64,000 bases of DNA from the NCBI GenBank assembly GCA_963749495.1, contig CAVVMW010000008.1, forward strand, positions 256,001 to 320,000, in the 5' to 3' direction. How positions within the stretch are numbered: the stretch's first letter is position 1; every line of letters starts with the position of its first letter. The position numbers and the translations under genes are program-made. Positions 40,831 through 49,552 of this stretch are shown piece by piece. Below the pieces are notes generated by a model, which worked only from the letters and a program-made list of their open reading frames with translations, was not told the DNA's origin and did no database searches. This DNA comes from an uncultured bacterium (GTDB lineage: Bacteria > Verrucomicrobiota > Verrucomicrobiia > Limisphaerales > UBA8199).

Positions 40831-42858
40831 TCATCTCGATTTGGGCAGGGGGGCGGGGGCCTTGGCGATGGCGGCGGCCAGGGTGTCGCGCCAGTGGTAG
40901 AGCGCCGCAGGGTCGTGTGTGAACTCGGTCTTGCTCCTGAGCACCTCGGCGGGGACTTCCAGGCAGGCTTTGGCTTGCCCGAGCCAGTCGGCATGGGCGG
41001 CGCGCAAGTCAGGCGAGGCTTCCACTCTGGCAATGGCCGATTCGAGCAGGCGCACATAAGCGTAGTCCTCGAGGCCGTCGCGGAAGTTCTCAAGCCGGAT
41101 GGTGGGCAGGGGCGTCCCGTCCGGCCCCACGCAGGTCCAGGACCCGTCGCCGTGGCAGGTGGTCCAATTGCGCGGGTCCCAGTCGGTAAAGGGGCCGCCG
41201 GTGATCGGCTTTTGCGAGTTCCAGATGCTAATCTGATAATAAAGGAAGCCGTCGGGGCGGTACTTGGCGGTCATGGCGCCCATGAGGAGCCGGCCCTCGA
41301 TGGCCGGGTACTCGATGAACATGTTGGCATGGGGATGATGGGGACCGCAGCAGATGTACCACCACACCTGCTTGCCGACGCCGCGCGCTCGCGCGGCCTT
41401 ATCCGCGTCGAAGCTGGGCGTCAAGGGACAGAAGGCGTCCATCGCCGTGATAACCGACTGCATCCCATAGCTCTGGTCGTAGGTGGTGGTCATCAGGAGC
41501 ACATCCGGGAACTCCGCTTTAAGGATACGACCGGCATTCTGCACCAGGGGGAAGAACTCGGCGGCGGCCTCATCGCAGCCATAGATGTAAGCGTGTTGGA
41601 GCAGGCCCAGTTCTTTGGCCTTCGCGTAGGCTTCACGAAAGCGGGGCAGTTCCTTTGACTTCCAGGCCTCCGCCGCCGCGGCGTTGGTGGCAACATGGTC
41701 GTAGTAACCGAGGTTGAACCTGTCCAACGTGCCCCGGCCCCGCAGGTGGGCGAGGATCTCGTAGTCGGGAATCCCGTGATGGTAGAGGCTGTCGTAGGTG
41801 ATATAGTAGTCGGCCAGAAAATCGGCCCAGCGCAGCTTGTGTTTCTTCCAGGCGTTGACCGGGTAATCGGGCGATCTCCGCCAGGCCTCCTGGTTCTGCT
41901 GGGTATCCGGCAGGGGGCTATCCTCCGGAGAGAACGTGATGGCCAGTGGCAGGGGCGAACGGTCCGGCAGCGTAAAGGGAAAGACGGTCACGGCCAGGTC
42001 GAAGGAGAACACGGCCGCGCCGTCCACCACGATGTCCAGCTTGCCCTGGTAGAGACCCGGGGGCTGCTGTTTGGGGGCGCTCAGACGGACCCAAAAGGAC
42101 TGCAAGTCCCCTTTGGCGACAGGGGCCGCGTCCAGGAATTCGAGGATCGGGTCGGGCCACCACCCCACCCACGAGGAGCCGTACGGGGGCGTTGTCCTGG
42201 TCTGGACATAGCCGACCGGCACGGCGCTGATGTTGGTCGAGAAGAACTCCGCGCCGCTTGCCGAGCGCAGGCTGCCAACGCGCACCCGCACCTCGCGGAG
42301 GGGGCCTTCGCACGCCAGCACCAGCACCTGGAAACTCTCCTTTTCATTGCGCGCGAGGCTTGCTTGAACGCGATTGGTGGCCGTGGCGGAAACCGGCGCG
42401 CCGCGCGGCAGGACTTTCTCCATCGAACTGGCGAACCCGACGACGAGGTCGGCGCGCACCACAGGCCCCGATTGGACTTGGCCGCGGAGCGGTTCGAAGG
42501 CAACGCGAAACCGGGCGAGAGACTCGAGCCGCGCCACTTCGCCCTGCAACGACAACACGGCATGGTCCGTCTCCGACGCGGCGGCCCCGGCGTGGGCGAC
42601 CGTTTCACCCAGGGCGGCGGCGCGCGACTCGAGCTCGTCAAACGTTCGCCCGGCCCAATCCTCGAGCGCCACCGAACCGGCCACCAAGCCGTGGACGCGG
42701 GCCCGCGTGGCCGCCAGGGTAGAGCGCAATGCCGCCACCTTTTCCTTCGACAATTCCTCGCCCGTCGGGGCTGGATAAAGGCGAACGTTGCCTGCCCAGA
42801 CCAGCGGTGCATTGAGCGCCAGGCAGATGACGAAGATCAGTAACGTGAGGAGTTTCAT
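40831..42858 (-). CDS. DUF4091/GH123-like secreted glycoside hydrolase-like protein
   Basis: Signal peptide; LARNEKESFQV, WWPDPI, AYIYGCDE, VWWYIC, GFLYY, RLENFRDGLEDY. Confidence 0.75.
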   Translation of the reverse strand: MKLLTLLIFVICLALNAPLVWAGNVRLYPAPTGEELSKEKVAALRSTLAATRARVHGLVAGSVALEDWAGRTFDELESRAAALGETVAHAGAAASETDHAVLSLQGEVARLESLARFRVAFEPLRGQVQSGPVVRADLVVGFASSMEKVLPRGAPVSATATNRVQASLARNEKESFQVLVLACEGPLREVRVRVGSLRSASGAEFFSTNISAVPVGYVQTRTTPPYGSSWVGWWPDPILEFLDAAPVAKGDLQSFWVRLSAPKQQPPGLYQGKLDIVVDGAAVFSFDLAVTVFPFTLPDRSPLPLAITFSPEDSPLPDTQQNQEAWRRSPDYPVNAWKKHKLRWADFLADYYITYDSLYHHGIPDYEILAHLRGRGTLDRFNLGYYDHVATNAAAAEAWKSKELPRFREAYAKAKELGLLQHAYIYGCDEAAAEFFPLVQNAGRILKAEFPDVLLMTTTYDQSYGMQSVITAMDAFCPLTPSFDADKAARARGVGKQVWWYICCGPHHPHANMFIEYPAIEGRLLMGAMTAKYRPDGFLYYQISIWNSQKPITGGPFTDWDPRNWTTCHGDGSWTCVGPDGTPLPTIRLENFRDGLEDYAYVRLLESAIARVEASPDLRAAHADWLGQAKACLEVPAEVLRSKTEFTHDPAALYHWRDTLAAAIAKAPAPLPKSR

Positions 42859-43049
42859 AGACCAATGGGCAGAGAAAGGCGAGTTCATACGCAAGCCAAG
42901 TCGATCGGTTGTTTTGCAGGTGCATGCTGTTCCAGCGCAGCCGGCCTGTCAATGCTTGGCAAGTTGTCTGGCCGTGGACCTCGGTCCTTGTCATTACCCA
43001 CATCGTCGGCCTCCTTCATTGACCCGAACTTATCGTATCCGTTGCCTTC

Positions 43050-43290
43050 AGGCCAAGGGCCTGGCTCATACCAGCCCAGGGCAAAGCCCTGGGTTTGCGT
43101 GCCGTTTAATTCTGTCGCAGGCCAACGGCCTGCCTCATAGGGATCCGTGGCTGCGGGCGCCGCAAGCCGACATCGCCGGGCTGCTGCAGCAATCCCTGAG
43201 CACAATGAGTCGCGCTTTCAGCGCTCCAGAGGATTATTGGCGGCTGTTCCCAGGGCGTTGCCCTGGGCTGGCATGAATGACGCCGTTGGC
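43050..43290. repeat. REP-like inverted cluster (CCCAGGGC..GCCCTGGG)
   Basis: cagcccagggcaaagccctggg and cccagggcgttgccctgggctg in inverted arrangement. Confidence 0.7.
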
Positions 43291-43409
43291 GTCCCAATTC
43301 GGCCATGGGTCCGTGGACTGGAAGTCCACGGCTACCATCCAGCACCGCTACGCGGTGACGCAGGCTCCCGGCAAGCCCAGTATTGGTCCTCAGGCTCCTT
43401 GACCTTCAT

Positions 43410-43595
43410 CTCAATGGCATCCAGGCAGTCGCGGCGTTGAATGTTCGGAGGCTTCCAAGGACGGGCCGTCAGATGAAACGGCAGTTGAGGCAGGCTCTCC
43501 GGCGAATCTTGGCCTGCAGCGCAAGCGCAGGCGGCTATGCCCAGGAGAAGCAACGCCCCTGCCCTCATTCCGTGCCTCCTGTTAACCGTATTCAT
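43410..43595 (-). pseudogene. N-terminal remnant of a secreted protein gene
   Basis: MNTVNRRHGMRAGALLLLGIAACACAAGQD...LPFHLTARPWKP then drifts into repeat sequence. Confidence 0.4.
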
Positions 43596-43961
43596 GTTTT
43601 GAATGGCCAGGCTTGCGCACGCCGCAACATACTCGGCTGCCCGGGGGGAACAAGCGCGGAATCGCAAGGACGTGGTACCCGAGTTTGCCAGGGAAACAGC
43701 CTGAAAGAATCGCTCGTCAAGTTGACACCACGGCTCGCCATTGGCAAAGTCGCGCCATGCCTGGTGAGACCAAGAACCAATTCCCCCTCACCCGGGCAGC
43801 GCTCAGTACATCCGGACGCGCAAAAAGCACATTCTTATCAGTGCATCAGCTCTGTATCGTCAGCGATATGGGGAGGGTCCGCCCCAGCGAGCCGGGTCCG
43901 TACCTTTGCCTCGGCAGCGGAAGGTGCCTTTGGACATATCAGTTGGTCCAGGTCCGTGATT

Positions 43962-44163
43962 GTCCCGAAGGGACATCGCGACAATAGCCCGGCGCTTCAG
44001 CGCCGGGAAAAGCGGTTGATCCCCTTCCCGTCCCGAAGGGACGGCTGACTCAGTCCTTCCCTGCAGATCTGAGCCTCAGGCGTCCCTCCGGGACGCAGGC
44101 CCCTTTAGGGCGGCGGACCCGGCGCTAAAGCGCCGGGCTATTCTCGTGCTGTCCCTCCGGGAC
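43962..44163. repeat. REP-like cluster (GTCCCGAAGGGAC family), homologous to 39957-40141
   Basis: Same order of palindromes: gtcccgaagggac, aatagccc..gcttcagc..ggg, gtccctccgggac, ccc..gctaaagc..gggctatt. Confidence 0.8.
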
Positions 44164-44398
44164 ACACCTTGGGCGGGCCGGTCGCTGGATCTTAAGCTAA
44201 TGAATGACTTCGCCCAGCTTTCCCGGCCAAAGCCGGCGAATCAATAACCCACGTTTTCAACTGGACAGGATCGGGAAGGTGCATCATTTACAATGGCAAG
44301 ACTATGCTGGGTCATTCGCTTCAAGACATCGTCCAGACTGCCGGCCTCGATTCGAGCTCGGTCCGGACGGCCTTTGATTGGCTGCCGCCGGCCGTGGT

Positions 44399-45616
44399 AT
44401 GCCGGTCTTGAGCTCGAGAGTTCGGGCGGTCGAGTACGGCGAATTGGCCGGCGTGTTCTTTCTCCAGTCGGTGGCAGCAGGAAGCTGGCTGGTGCCGCTG
44501 ACAAGCGTGCTCGCAGCTCACGGTCTGGCCGCGCTCCGCTCCTATGCGTATGCGACGACCGCCGTGGCGGCGTTCGTCTCTCCGCTCCTGTTCGGCGCGA
44601 TGGCGGACCGGCACGCCTCGCCGGTGCGGGTGCTGCGCTGGCTGGCCACCGGGAGCGCCGTGACCGCGAGCCTGGCCAGTTGGGCGGTCGAGCGGAGATG
44701 GCCGGCTGTGGCAGTGCTTTTGGTCATCCAGGTGCAGGCGCTCTTCTACTCACCGACGGGAAGTATCGCCAGCACCATCGCCTTCTCGCGCTTGCGAAAC
44801 TCCCAACGCGAGTTCGGCCCGGTGCGCGCCGCCGCCACGGTCGGGTGGATGGTCGGTTGCTGGGTAGTGAGCGCTTTGAGCGCGGACAGCTCAACGGCGG
44901 CCGGTTACGTCACGGCGGTCGTCTGGGCCGGCCTGGCCGCGTTCACGTGGTTGCTGCCGAACGTGCCGCCGCCTGCCTCCACCGGGCGCCGTACGCTCCG
45001 TGAGCTGCTGGGGTGGGATGCGCTCGGCCTGTTGAGGAACCCCGACCACCGCGTGGTGTTCATCACCGCCGCACTTTTCAGCATCCCGCTGGCCGCCTTT
45101 TTTCCTTTCACGCCGTCCCACCTGCAAGCTCTCGGGTTTCGGCACACTGCGTTCTGGATGTCCCTGGGGCAGGTGACGGAGGTGATGTCCCTGTTCGCTT
45201 TGGGTGTGTTGCTGGATCGCTGGCGGCTCAAGTGGGTTTTCGCAGCGGGGCTGGCATTCGGTGTGTTGCGTTTCCTGTTCTGCGCGATGAACGGGCCCGG
45301 TTGGCTGCTGGCGGGGGTGCTCCTGCACGGCGCCTCGTTCGCCTTGTTCTTCATTACCGCCCAAATCTACCTCAACGAACGGGTGGAGGAATCCTGGCGC
45401 GCGCGGGCGCAAGGCCTGATGTGGCTCATGAACTACGGCGTCGGGAACCTCGCGGGTTACCTGGGCACCGGGAGTTGGTTCGCCGCCTGCGCGCGAGGCG
45501 GCGGCATCGAATGGTCTCTCTTCTGGGCCGGCTTGGCCCTCACCTGCGGAGTGGTCCTGGCCTATTTCCTAGCCGCCTATCGCGGCAAACGCCGCGGTCC
45601 GCGCGAAACCACTTGA
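44399..45616 (+). CDS. MFS transporter, nucleoside:H+ symporter (NupG/XapB-like)
   Basis: About 12 hydrophobic segments; FG..ADR, FGPVR...TVGW, MSLGQVTEV, LHG..F..FFIT.QIY, RARAQG. Confidence 0.88.
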   Translation: MPVLSSRVRAVEYGELAGVFFLQSVAAGSWLVPLTSVLAAHGLAALRSYAYATTAVAAFVSPLLFGAMADRHASPVRVLRWLATGSAVTASLASWAVERRWPAVAVLLVIQVQALFYSPTGSIASTIAFSRLRNSQREFGPVRAAATVGWMVGCWVVSALSADSSTAAGYVTAVVWAGLAAFTWLLPNVPPPASTGRRTLRELLGWDALGLLRNPDHRVVFITAALFSIPLAAFFPFTPSHLQALGFRHTAFWMSLGQVTEVMSLFALGVLLDRWRLKWVFAAGLAFGVLRFLFCAMNGPGWLLAGVLLHGASFALFFITAQIYLNERVEESWRARAQGLMWLMNYGVGNLAGYLGTGSWFAACARGGGIEWSLFWAGLALTCGVVLAYFLAAYRGKRRGPRETT

Positions 45617-45830
45617 CGCCCGCCTCGCCGGCCAGGCGCGCCACGTTCTCCATTTCGGCATCTCCAAGGCGGCCCACATAAACGCCCATGCCGAACGGTG
45701 AGTCGGGCCGGAGCGTGAAATCGGACTCGACTTTCAGCGGCGCCAGCCAATAGGCCTGCACCGGGGCAACCTTTTGGCCCGGGGCCTCGAATGCGAATTC
45801 GGCTTCGGCAAAGCGGCAGCCCGTCGGGAG
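45612..45830 (-). pseudogene. Internal remnant of a GH39/GH5-like gene
   Basis: DSPFGMGVY...ARLAGEAGVKW.R motif without start or continuation. Confidence 0.4.
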
Positions 45831-46028
45831 CGGCAATGATGAACCGCGTGCCGGGGTGGAGTTGAGGGCCGAAGGCCCGCGAGGTGAGAGCCTGGGCTGG
45901 AGCGAAGCGGAGGCCCAGGTAACCGAGCGCCCCTCGGAAACAGGGCCAGCCTGTAGGGCCGAGACCTACCCGCACCGAAGCCTGCGCCAGGTCGCGCCCT
46001 TTCAGGGCACGGACGTTTTCGCGCCGCC

Positions 46029-46442
46029 TTACCTGAGTTTGTTGACCGGTTGGTCGGGGTGGGCCGGGTTCGGGACGACCGTGCGCCGGCCGCAGTCCAC
46101 TAGCAGGTCCATCCGTTCCAGCACGGTCTGGCCGACCAGCACCTCGTCACCCAGGACGAAAGCGTCTTCCTCGGCGTCCCGTGCCAGGATTTCGAAAATA
46201 ACACCGCTGACGACCGGGACCTCCTCCTTGCGCCCGTCCCCGTATTCAACGACTTGCTGGCGCCGGGCCTTCAGGCCCAGGCGGCGCACCACGCTGGGCG
46301 GCAGCACGCACCGCACTGCGCCGGTATCTACGGTGCCCTGGACCGTGACCATCCTCACCCGGTCGGGCTTGAGCTTGCCTTCTTCGGCCTTCTCCCAATC
46401 GAACAGGTTCGTCAGCTTCACTTCGACTCGCGCTTCACCCAT
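46029..46442 (-). CDS. Clan AA (retropepsin-like) aspartic protease
   Basis: MGEARVEVKLTN...VDTGA...LP...LGL...VLVGQTVLE.MDLLVD; C-terminal part of ORF 46029..47294. Confidence 0.85.
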   Translation of the reverse strand: MGEARVEVKLTNLFDWEKAEEGKLKPDRVRMVTVQGTVDTGAVRCVLPPSVVRRLGLKARRQQVVEYGDGRKEEVPVVSGVIFEILARDAEEDAFVLGDEVLVGQTVLERMDLLVDCGRRTVVPNPAHPDQPVNKLR

Positions 46443-46861
46443 AAATTCATTTACCTTCGGTTTGGCTTTCATATCACTCATAGCGTCCGCCGCAAAGAGG
46501 AAAATGTCTAACTCTGGCCGCAAGAACGCGCAAAGATCGCAATAAGACGGTGCTTCTTTTCGGCCTGCGTCTTCAGCGGGGCCCCGAAGGGCGCTCTTTG
46601 CCCAGTGCGCCAATGCTCGACAATGGCCGCTAACATCAGGGCGACCGCCTCGCCCGCCGTCCTTCACCGTGTCCCTCACGCCCTTCCAAAGCTTGCGGCC
46701 GGGGATAGTGTCGTGGTGATAGACCCAGAGATGTTTCTCGATCTCCAGCCTGAGGATCGTGCTCTCGTTGGCGATGACGAACCCGAAGTTCCCGTGGTCC
46801 AGTGCGAACCGCCAGGTCCAATCGGTCGAGTCAACCGTGGCCTCTTTGCGCGCCCTGCACA

Positions 46862-47864
46862 CGCCTTCAAGCGCCTGCACAGGGCCGAGGCGTCCACGGG
46901 CGAGGCGCGAGCGCCGTTGGCGAGAGTCCGCTCCGCCCGCCGGCGCTCCGCACGGCAGCCCACCGACACCGGCTGAGCCACGACAGACTCGGCCCTCATA
47001 GTCCCCAGTTTCCAGGCGTCCACGCTGCCGGCAGAGGCCGTCTCGCGCCGTCTCGGAAGGACTTTTGCGATTTTTGGCCACTCCGCAGGCTCGCCGAGGG
47101 GACACGATCGTCGCCACAATCGCCGCCAGCGCATAAGCCAATTGCTCTCGTGCCGGGTCCTGGGCCAAGGCCTGACCAACGCCCGCCAGAATGAGGACAA
47201 GGAATTCGAAGCCCCGCCATCGGTGGGCCAAGCGGATCTGCTGCGCGCACCTGCACATGGCCGGAGTGTTCTGCAACCAAGGCGCCACCGTCAACCATCA
47301 ACTCGCCTCCCAAATCCCCGGCTAAGAATTCTTATGAAACCGCGGAATACGCGGAATACGCGGAAAAACAACAGGCCTTCGGCGTATTCCGCGTGTTCCG
47401 CGGTTCTCCATCTTCGCTCGATTGGCACGACATTTGCCGTGGCTTGGCACTCCTGATCTTATTCTCACTGAACGGTCGTTAGGCGAGGATTTGGGTGCTT
47501 CCGGCAGGTTCGAATTCGGAGCGGCATTGCACCAGCGCCGGGGCGCATCGTGACTGTACCACCATGCCCGAACGCCTAAGGGTTGGAGCGCGGACTTCAG
47601 TCTGCTTATGGCGTCCGACGGCCGGGCTGGCGCGGGTCTTTTCCGAGGCCGATCCTCTTTCCGCTTCCTTGAACTTTGCACACGTCAACCAGATCAAGCG
47701 CGTGGTGGTCTTTGGGCGCTCTAAGCGGACTAAAGTCCGCGCTCCCGGTGGTAGTGCCTGGTCCCGCCTTCAAGTGTCTGCACAGCGCCGAGGTGTCCAC
47801 GGGCGAGGCGCGAGCGCCGTTGGCGAGAGTCCGCTCCGCGCGCCGGCGCTCCGCACCGCAGCCC
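46862..47864. repeat. Two ~100-bp direct repeats (46862-46961, 47765-47864)
   Basis: cgccttcaag...gtccacgggcgaggcgcgagcgccgttggcgagagtccgctccgc...gcagccc, about six mismatches by eye. Confidence 0.85.
47338..47404. repeat. Nonamer-unit hairpin (CGCGGAATA)n
   Basis: aaccgcggaatacgcggaatacgcggaa ... gcgtattccgcgtgttccgcggtt. Confidence 0.8.
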
Positions 47865-48501
47865 AGCCGCAACGGCCGCTATCAGACAGCCCGGACCACG
47901 CTATGGCCTGACCCCGGCTCCGCCTCAGGGCTTATTCACCTGAGCTCCATCGCCGTGATCCCGACAAGGTGGACGGCGGGCGCAATCAGGGTACGCCGGG
48001 CGGAGCGCAAGAGGGCTTTACGTGGCCCCGACCTACGGCACGGACATTATCGCCTTCTTCGGCTACATCGTGGTCGATAAAGGCCGCGAAGCGTCAAGAT
48101 CTGCCGGCCAGACCTGGCCCAGCGGGCACCTTCGCCAACGAGCCGATGCAGGGTTGCCAGGCAGATGGACCAACCCCGACGAGTCGCCGCCCGGCTCCTG
48201 CTCAAGCCGCGCCGCAAGTACCAAGATGCTGTGGACGCGTTCGAGCCTTTTCGAAGCGCAGTCTTCGAGAGCGCCGAGATTCCTTTTTGAAGTCGCGCTC
48301 ATCAGGGGCCATCCACAGCGGTAGCAACAATTCGGTCGCTTTCTGTGGCTCAAAATCGCGGCTTTGTTCGCTGGCATCATCGCCGCTGGCATTGTCGCCG
48401 GCAGTTTTATCTGTCCGTTTTCTCATGCGCCCACACTGAAGGACAGGAGGCCAGCCCGCACCTATATGGGACAAACGCGAAAAGGATTTGTCGGGCGAAT
48501 G

Positions 48502-49140
48502 CTACGGAGATTTTGGAGAAGGGCCGGACAGGTGCTTGGCAATAAGCCCGAGGTTGCGGTAGCGATATTTTTCAACTTGCTCCGGCGTGAATGAAGTTTT
48601 GAGAATAACGCTGAGTTTTCTGGCAACTTCCGCGTCGGATAGATAGCACCACCCAAGCTCGTAATTGAAGGCAATCATATAAATCGCCAAGTCGGTGATC
48701 TTCCTTTTTCCACCCCGAGCGAACTTTTTCGCTGCTTTGGTCAATGCCTCAGCGAGTTTCAAGTCGCCACGGATGGTATCGGCCTTGGGGTCGTAACCCT
48801 GTTCCACTAAATCCAAGAGGTAGGCATCTTGACACTCCTGGTTGGGAATGTTGGCTTTGGGGTTGGCCTTTTGTCTTTCAAAGACCTCGAAACTGTGCGG
48901 CCACTGGCGTTTCAGCGCCGCCCATTTTGCTGCCGGCAAATCGTCCTTCAACTCGAAGGGCGTGAGCGGTTTGCAGCGTGGCGGCGGCGGTGGGGTACTG
49001 GTCTTTGTGCTTATGTCATAATGCCTCTGCCTTTCGCGCTCGTATTCTAGCAGCCATTGTTTGGCGGTGCGGGTGGCTTCCCCCTCATCTGGGGCATCAT
49101 GACGGCGCAGCACGGTGACTTCCCCAGTGGCCTTATTCAA
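48502..49140 (-). CDS. Hypothetical protein, possible C-terminal HTH
   Basis: 212-aa ORF overlapping upstream gene; LSDAEVARKLS...FTPEQVEKYR. Confidence 0.6.
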   Translation of the reverse strand: MNKATGEVTVLRRHDAPDEGEATRTAKQWLLEYERERQRHYDISTKTSTPPPPPRCKPLTPFELKDDLPAAKWAALKRQWPHSFEVFERQKANPKANIPNQECQDAYLLDLVEQGYDPKADTIRGDLKLAEALTKAAKKFARGGKRKITDLAIYMIAFNYELGWCYLSDAEVARKLSVILKTSFTPEQVEKYRYRNLGLIAKHLSGPSPKSP

Positions 49141-49552
49141 TTTCCCGCTCCCATGCCCACCATTGCTTTCGACCGTTCTTCCCCAAGCGGCTGCAAACTG
49201 AATTTTCAGTGATCACGCAGCGAAAACTCTTGATTTTACCGACATGGCCAAAGCCTGCGGCTTGAACGACAACTATGGGTTCCTTTTCTCGTTCGGAAAG
49301 CAACTCCATGCTTTCTCTCGCTTCCGCTTCGGTCTGGCAAAGAACACCCTGCCCGCACTGATGCAATACCAGTTCGGGCGTCAGCTTCACCGGCAGGACG
49401 AGGAATAAAAAATCATGCCCGATTTGTCGGATGGGTTCAGATAAGGCGACCCACATATAACGCGGAGAAGCGTCCTGGAGAAGCTCCTGCCTGGCTGAGT
49501 CCGGCAAATTGCTTGGGACAATTTTAAACTGCCCTTGGAATAAAGTTTTCAT
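49133..49552 (-). CDS. Hypothetical protein coupled to hsdR
   Basis: 139-aa ORF, ATGA overlap with hsdR stop, lower GC than hsdR. Confidence 0.6.
   Translation of the reverse strand: MKTLFQGQFKIVPSNLPDSARQELLQDASPRYMWVALSEPIRQIGHDFLFLVLPVKLTPELVLHQCGQGVLCQTEAEARESMELLSEREKEPIVVVQAAGFGHVGKIKSFRCVITENSVCSRLGKNGRKQWWAWEREIE

Noticed and set aside
33237..41009. DGR template/variable repeat pair for the duplicated gene end
   Set aside because: Differences between the copies are not confined to adenines and no RT is nearby.
46443..47294. N-terminal extension of the aspartic protease ORF (421 aa)
   Set aside because: Runs through repeats and unrelated fragments; the protease domain has its own ATG at 46442.
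47460..47490. Integron attC site (GTTAGGC)
   Set aside because: No matching RYYYAAC inverse core at suitable distance, no cassette array and no integron integrase.
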